Below are positions 58,954 through 64,000 of a stretch of 64,000 nt of DNA, in pieces. Positions within the stretch are counted from its first letter, which is position 1; the number at the start of each line of letters is the position of its first letter. The notes beneath the pieces were generated by a model. The model worked only from the letters and a program-made list of their open reading frames with translations. It was not told the DNA's origin and made no database searches. The DNA is from Zootoca vivipara (lineage: Eukaryota): the NCBI RefSeq assembly GCF_963506605.1, contig NC_083277.1:12710001-12774000 (forward strand), read 5' to 3'. Position numbers and translations under genes: made by a program.

Positions 58954-59055
58954 GCTCTTCCTATTCTTTCCTGCTTTTAACCTGTCCACCTCGTTCTCGC
59001 TTTCTCTAGCGTGCCCACGACCTCCGGAACCCTCCTCCGACTGGCTGATGATTAA
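53420..59055 (+). CDS. STK19: STK19 / WHR1 winged-helix repair factor, complete, 7 coding exons, 759 nt / 252 aa
   Basis: Exons 53420-53504, 53677-53822, 54347-54442, 54533-54672, 55893-55990, 56115-56262, 59010-59055. Peptides MKRKHQLISDTF, LFPRKLFEDLLPP, LVNAGVLTVRDAGSWWLAVPGAGRF and YHIHDLIGAQLVDCVPTTSGTLLRL match the recalled STK19. Head-to-head with DXO. Confidence 0.95.
55090..55439 (-). mobile_element. Sauria SINE (reverse)
   Basis: Reverse-complement match; TSD tggatcatcata / tggaccatcata. Confidence 0.88.
58094..58678. repeat. Inverted repeat with 144-bp arms (58094-58237 and 58535-58678) around a Tigger-like MITE
   Basis: caaccaatgtgcccc..tttcagata..ttaactctgga is mirrored by tccagagttaa..tatctgaaacc..ggggcacattggttg. 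Confidence 0.85.
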
Positions 59056-59525
59056 GAACGTGCCACTTGTCTGCCACCAAACAAACAGCTGTGCCTAAAA
59101 TGAATGGATGCTACTTGGGGTACTCGCCACGGGGAGGACAGGATGCCTCCCTGAGCCACCAGCATCGTTGTGAACAAACAGGACCTTTCCAGCAAAAAAC
59201 AATGTTTAAATTATTATTTATGAAACAGATTTATATTTTGCACTTAATATGGGCTCAATGTGCGAGAGCATCTTAGCAGGACGCCCAACTGCTGTGACAT
59301 GACTGACGCGAGGCTGTGGATAAGAGAGGAGGGAGCTGCTTGTGCAATCTCTCGGCTTGATCTCGGGATGCTGGAGAACCGTGAGAAGCCTGTGCATCTA
59401 AGAACAGCCAAGGCCAAGATGTTCTCACAAGGAATTCATTCCTGGCAGTGTGTGTGTGGCCACGTATGCATGAGTGTTGATCTCTTAGATGACACCAGTC
59501 TCTCGGAAAATTACATTGAAGCTTG

Positions 59526-59531
59526 ATTAAA
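59526..59531 (+). terminator. Candidate STK19 polyadenylation signal ATTAAA
   Basis: Variant hexamer about 470 nt after the stop, followed by T-rich sequence. Confidence 0.4.
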
Positions 59532-59689
59532 AGCATTTATTTCTACTTCTCTGCCACTTCTTGGCTTGCTGATATGTTCTGAAGACGACACGTTCTGGGG
59601 ACAAGATGCTGGGTAAACAGGGATGTATGTAACCACCTCCTGAAAGTCACTAACAAGGGAGACAGATGCATTTCACAACAGCTTAGTTC

Positions 59690-60575
59690 TACTTCGTTGT
59701 TCTTTGGTGATCACTCGTAGCTGAGTAAGATTGTCTTCCATAAACACGGTCTTAACAATGAGTCTGTAAGTGACTGTGGAGGCCAATTCTGGAGTTACAC
59801 GTCCTTCCACAGTGGGGACATAGGTTTCTGGGCGGGAGTTGATCATGGTGTAGATTTGCCAAGCGTGCCTTCCTCTTAGCACGTTTCTCCCTTGCGTTCT
59901 GAGTTCGAGTATCTTCAAAGCCCATGACACCTTTAGTAGAGGCTGTTATCCAATTGCAGCACTCGCAGGCCAGTGTTTCCCAGTTGTCTCAGGTGTTTAT
60001 ACTACATTTTTTTTAGATTTGCCTTTATTGAAAGAAACAAAGACCAAAGCCAAACCATTTATCTATTTTACGTCCAATTACATTTTACCCCATCCCCTCC
60101 CCGACCCCCTCAGATTTCCCTCAGCTCCCTTTCCTGGTTTCTTCATTCATATTATTTCTGCATATATTAACGCTATACATATCACTCCAATATTTGTTCC
60201 TATTTTTCTAATATAAAGAAAAAATATGTAATGTTTATTCAAACCCTGCCAGCGACTCCAAGTCACTTTGTTGGTTTTTCAAATAGTTTGTAAATAGCTC
60301 CCATTCTGCCTTGAAATCCCAATTGTCCTTTTCTCGTAGATTATACTGTATGTTAACTTTGCCAGTTCTGCGTAACCCATCAGCCTTCAGAGAGTCTTTA
60401 ATCCTCTTTTGTTGACCACCGGCATTACGCTTTCCATTTTTAAGTTCAGCATAGAGTAGTTACTTTGGAAGATGATAATCAGGCATCCGAACAACATGAC
60501 CAGTCCAACAAAGTTGATGTTGAAGAATAATTGCTTCAACACTGGTGATCTTTGCTTCTTCCAGTACACTGGCAT
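59690..60575 (-). mobile_element. RTE-clade LINE 3' fragment interrupted by an L1-like fragment (~60010-60380)
   Basis: Reverse frame ILQHQLCWTGHVVRMPDYHLPK, typical of the RTE ORF C-terminus. Confidence 0.65.
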
Positions 60576-61168
60576 TACAGTCATACCTCGACAACCGAAC
60601 GCTTCGACTTCTGAAGGTTTCGACTTCCAAAGTCGATATCCCCGGAAGTCTTTTCACCGTGCGCACACCGTGCGCACCCAGCACGCGCGTTCTGCGCATG
60701 CGCAGAAGTGCAAAATCGCGCTTCGCACATGCACCAACAGCACGCTTTGACAACCAAAAACCTCGACTTACGAAGACGGCTGCGGAATGGATCGTCTTCG
60801 TAAGTCAAGTTACCAAGACTACTTGGTAAGTCAAGGTATCAGACTACTGTACTTGTCTTTTGAGCCCCAGTATTTATATACTCACTCTCCTGCATTGCAG
60901 GGGGTGGACTAGAATAGATGACTCTTGGGTCCCTTCCAACTCTATGATTCTGTGACTGTTGGTGGCTCTCTAGCCTGCTGGTGGAAGGTCTTCCACGTCA
61001 CGACTGACCTGCTCCTTGTAGGTGGAGATGCCACTGTCCAAATCTGGGGTGTTCTGCTCTGTTCAGCCTGTGTCCTGTTACCAAGCTAAAACAAGACTTT
61101 TCACACATGGAAACTGACCCAAAAACTCTGATTAGATGTTCCGTCTGGTCCCTTCTGCTTCAACATAG

Positions 61169-61731
61169 ATTGTCTCTCTCTTTGCATACCTACATACATA
61201 CAGAATCAGGATTCAAAATGACCTTAACAGATGGGACAGCTGGGACCAAACTAACTAAATGAATGTCAATAGGGACAAATAGGTTCTGCACCTAGGCAGG
61301 AAGAACCAGCTGCACAAATATAAGATGAGGAACGTGTGGGTGGCCAGTAGTACATGTGAAAAGGATCTTCGGGTCTTGGTGGAGCACAACTTAACATGAG
61401 TCAACAGTGAGATGCAGCAGCAAAAAAAGCTAATGGTATTCTAGGCCACTCTCACCTAGAATACCATTAGCTTTTTTTGCTGCTGCATCTCACTGTTGAC
61501 TCATGTTAAGTTGTGCTCCACCAAGACCCGAAGATCCTTTTCACATGTACTACTGGCCACCCACACGTTCCTCATCTTATATTTGTGCAGCTGGTTCTTC
61601 CTGCCTAGGTGCAGAACCTATTTGTCCCTATTGACATACATTTAGTTAGTTTGGTCCCAGCTGTCCCATCTGTTAAGGTCATTTTGAATCCTGATTCTGT
61701 ATGTATGTAGGTATGCAAAGAGAGAGACAAT
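61169..61731. repeat. Near-perfect palindrome: 277-bp arms (61169-61445 and 61455-61731) with a 9-bp spacer
   Basis: The arms are reverse complements with one mismatch seen (61262/61638). Arm content is mostly a CR1 RT-region fragment. Confidence 0.95.
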
Positions 61732-61739
61732 GAGAGTGA

Positions 61740-62160
61740 GAAGTGAGAGCTGGACCATAAAGAAGGCTGATCGCCGAAGAATTGATGCTTTTGAATTATG
61801 GTGCTGGAGGAGACTCTTGAGAGTCCCATGGACTGCTAGAAGATCAAACCTATCAATTCTTAAGGAAATCAGCCCTGAGTGCTCCCTGGAAGGACAGATC
61901 GTGAAGCTGAGGCTCCAATACTTTGGCCACCTCATGAGAAGAGAAGAATCCTTGGAAAAGACCCTGATGTTGGGAAAGATTGAGGGCACTAGGAGAAGGG
62001 GACGACAGAGGACAAGATGGTTGGACAGTGTTCTCGAAGCTACGAACATGAGTTTGACCAAACTACGGGAGGCAGTGCAAGACAGGAGTGCCTGGCGTGC
62101 TATGGTCCATGGGGTCACGAAGAGTCGGACACGACTAAACGACTAAACAACAACAACAAC
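61740..62160 (+). mobile_element. Bov-B (RTE) LINE, 5'-truncated, young
   Basis: Open frame SESWTIKKADRRRIDAFELWCWRRLLRVPW...AMVHGVTKSRTRLND; (caa)n tail; 12-bp TSD attctaggccac at 61438-61449 and 62161-62172. Confidence 0.93.
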
Positions 62161-62669
62161 ATTCTAGGCCACATCAACTGAATTATAGCGTCCAGATCAA
62201 GGGGATGAAGGCAATTATATTCCAGGAACATTTGCAGCGTCACACGTTCCCTGTCTTTGTTTTATGGCCTGATGCTACACATGTTTTATACTCAGAAGTA
62301 TCACGAATTCAGCTGGCAATTCCAAATAGAAATGCATGCAAGAATGCCACCTTGATTTTCTGATTACAATATGCTGTTTTATTTAAGAGTATTGCTACAT
62401 CAGGTTCAAAGGTCCTGCTCTAGAAATTAATCTCTAATAACAGTTGTCCAGACTCCAGAATGAATTCGGGAAGCATGGAGGCCAGGTTCAAAGGAAACTC
62501 TGGTGCTGTTTGCGCTGGCGAATGCCAGGTATACTGCTACTGGAGCTGGAGGTTCCACTTAGCCGTCACACCTAATATAGCTGCTCGCAATGAATATGTT
62601 TCCTTTCCCCTCACCAGCAAATCCTTTCTTAGAACATGCATTTTGGACATTTCGGTTTCTCGATCCTCT

Positions 62670-63050
62670 CCCCGACCGCCTCGTTTGAGCTCGCTTCCTC
62701 TCGTTTTAGTCCTGTCCCTTTAAGAAGCCGACAAGTGGGCGGAGCTAGAATCCCTATGTATTTTTTTTAATAAAGATGTTTGTTTGTTTTACAAAGTAGA
62801 ATGGGCGTCTCTAACCTTGGTTCCCTCCCTATCTCTACGGTATTTAAGGTCATTGCATGGTCACGTGCTGCCTTTGAAGCCGGCCTTCCTCGTTCCTTTC
62901 TCCAAAGCCAGCCAATCAGAGGCCCGCTAGCGGCCCGGGAGTTCCCTCGGGTTGCTACAGTTTAAACCCAACATTCGGTGCCCGCGGCGCGCTTAAAGGG
63001 GAAGCTGCCCTGGTGGATGCGGAAGAGGGGATCCTGACGGCCGAAGCGAT
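62670..63050 (+). promoter_or_regulatory. CpG promoter with GC box, CLEAR-like E-box and CCAAT box
   Basis: GGGCGG at 62737-62742, GTCACGTG at 62860-62867 and CCAAT at 62912-62916. CpG-rich sequence leads into an ATG exon. Confidence 0.6.
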
Positions 63051-63174
63051 GGGTGCCAGACGTGATCCCAGGAGGGGATTCTATCCTTGGACCAGGCTGG
63101 GCCTCTGCCTACGGCCGGTGCTGTTTCTAGGCCTCTGCTGCTGGCAAACGCGCGGGGTGGCCACCCCTGATCAG
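63049..63174 (+). CDS. First coding exon of a signal-peptide protein, tentatively lysosomal sialidase NEU1 (continues off the right edge)
   Basis: Good Kozak context GCG ATG G. MGARRDPRRGFYPWTRLGLCLRPVLFLGLCCWQTRGVATPDQ has a basic N-region followed by a hydrophobic core. Phase-0 donor CAG|GTACGA. The NEU1 identity is inferred only from the long signal peptide, the CLEAR-like site and NEU1's residence in MHC class III. Confidence 0.55.
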
Positions 63175-63338
63175 GTACGATTGGAAATGTCCCGGGGGGG
63201 TCTATGTGTTGGCCGTGACATGCCCTCCCCCCAATCTGCTCCCCAACCTCACAAAACTGGAAGACAAGTCGTTGGGCACTCAGACCCACTGAACCCAACC
63301 GGTCCGGTCACGTATTGTGCCTCTCTCCTTTCCCCCGG

Positions 63339-63428
63339 CATAGCTGCCAAGTTATCCCTTATTTTAAGGGATTTTCCCTTATGCTGAATAGGCTTCCTCG
63401 CGAGAAAAGGGAAAACTTGGCAGCTATG
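63339..63428. mobile_element. 90-bp hAT-type MITE
   Basis: 15-bp TIR; perfect 8-bp TSD tcccccgg. Confidence 0.9.
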
Positions 63429-64000
63429 TCCCCCGGTCAGGACCGGATGGAAAGCTTTGGAGGCCCTAAACACTTAAAAAAATAGATTATGGTGTGTCTC
63501 CACCCTATATGTAAGTAAAAAAACAAACAAAAGAAAAACGGTACTAGAAACGGGGAAGGGTGTGTGTGGAGTATAAGGAAGTTCTGATTTCCCACCCTCC
63601 TGTCATGTTGACCTACTTCAATGCCTTTTCTGAAATATCAAGTGTCAAATTATTTCCAAAAGAAATATTTTGTTTGCTTTTTGTGCATGCCCCTGCTTTG
63701 CTTGTGCCCTAAGCACATGCTTATTCCGTCTTTTGGGTAGTGGTGGTGGTTGTTAAATATTTTTATACCCTGCCTTTTCCCTGATGGAGACTCAAGATGA
63801 CTTACAGATAAAATAAGAACAGCTAAAATAATAAAGGGGGGCAATACTTTATAACAATTAATAGATTTAAAAATGTGTGTGTGCACATATTAGTTTTCTG
63901 TGGTGGTTCCCCATTTTTGGAATGCTTTTCCCAAGGAGGCTCACCTTTATTACATATATTGAGGTGCCAGGCAAAAACATTCCTGTAAAACCAGGCCTTT

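Noticed and set aside
61169-61731. Palindrome as a pure assembly artefact
   Set aside because: Disfavoured because the arms differ at one base and the structure is bounded by a coherent 12-bp TSD with the CR1 resuming afterwards; read-level confirmation is still needed.
63049-63174. Complement C4 exon 1, expected from human synteny
   Set aside because: The leader is much longer than the recalled C4 signal exon, the sequence does not resemble it, and the promoter is a CpG housekeeping type.

Overview
Eukaryotic, intron-rich genomic DNA from a squamate reptile, probably a lacertid lizard. This is inferred from Sauria SINEs, Bov-B, CR1, L2, Penelope and hAT/Tc1-mariner MITEs. The window covers the MHC class III RNA-metabolism cluster. 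It holds the 5' part of NELFE (-), complete SKIC2/SKIV2L (+, 29 coding exons, 1273 aa), complete DXO (-, 6 coding exons, 402 aa) and complete STK19/WHR1 (+, 7 coding exons, 252 aa), arranged around two CpG-rich bidirectional promoters. The first exon of a signal-peptide gene follows; it looks more like NEU1 than the C4 expected from the human order. All exon boundaries were read by hand (GT-AG, phases consistent). Gene names rest on recalled vertebrate protein sequences, not on a database search. The most unusual structures are: (1) a 277-bp-arm near-perfect palindrome at the 5' junction of a young Bov-B insertion; (2) a near full-length U2 snRNA pseudogene split by two DNA transposons; (3) a Tc1-like element whose terminal repeat may supply DXO's last branch point; (4) an inverted pair of that element flanking a stop-free, in-frame 681-nt DXO exon block. 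I found no convincing wholly new gene system; the novelty here is in transposon-driven architecture.
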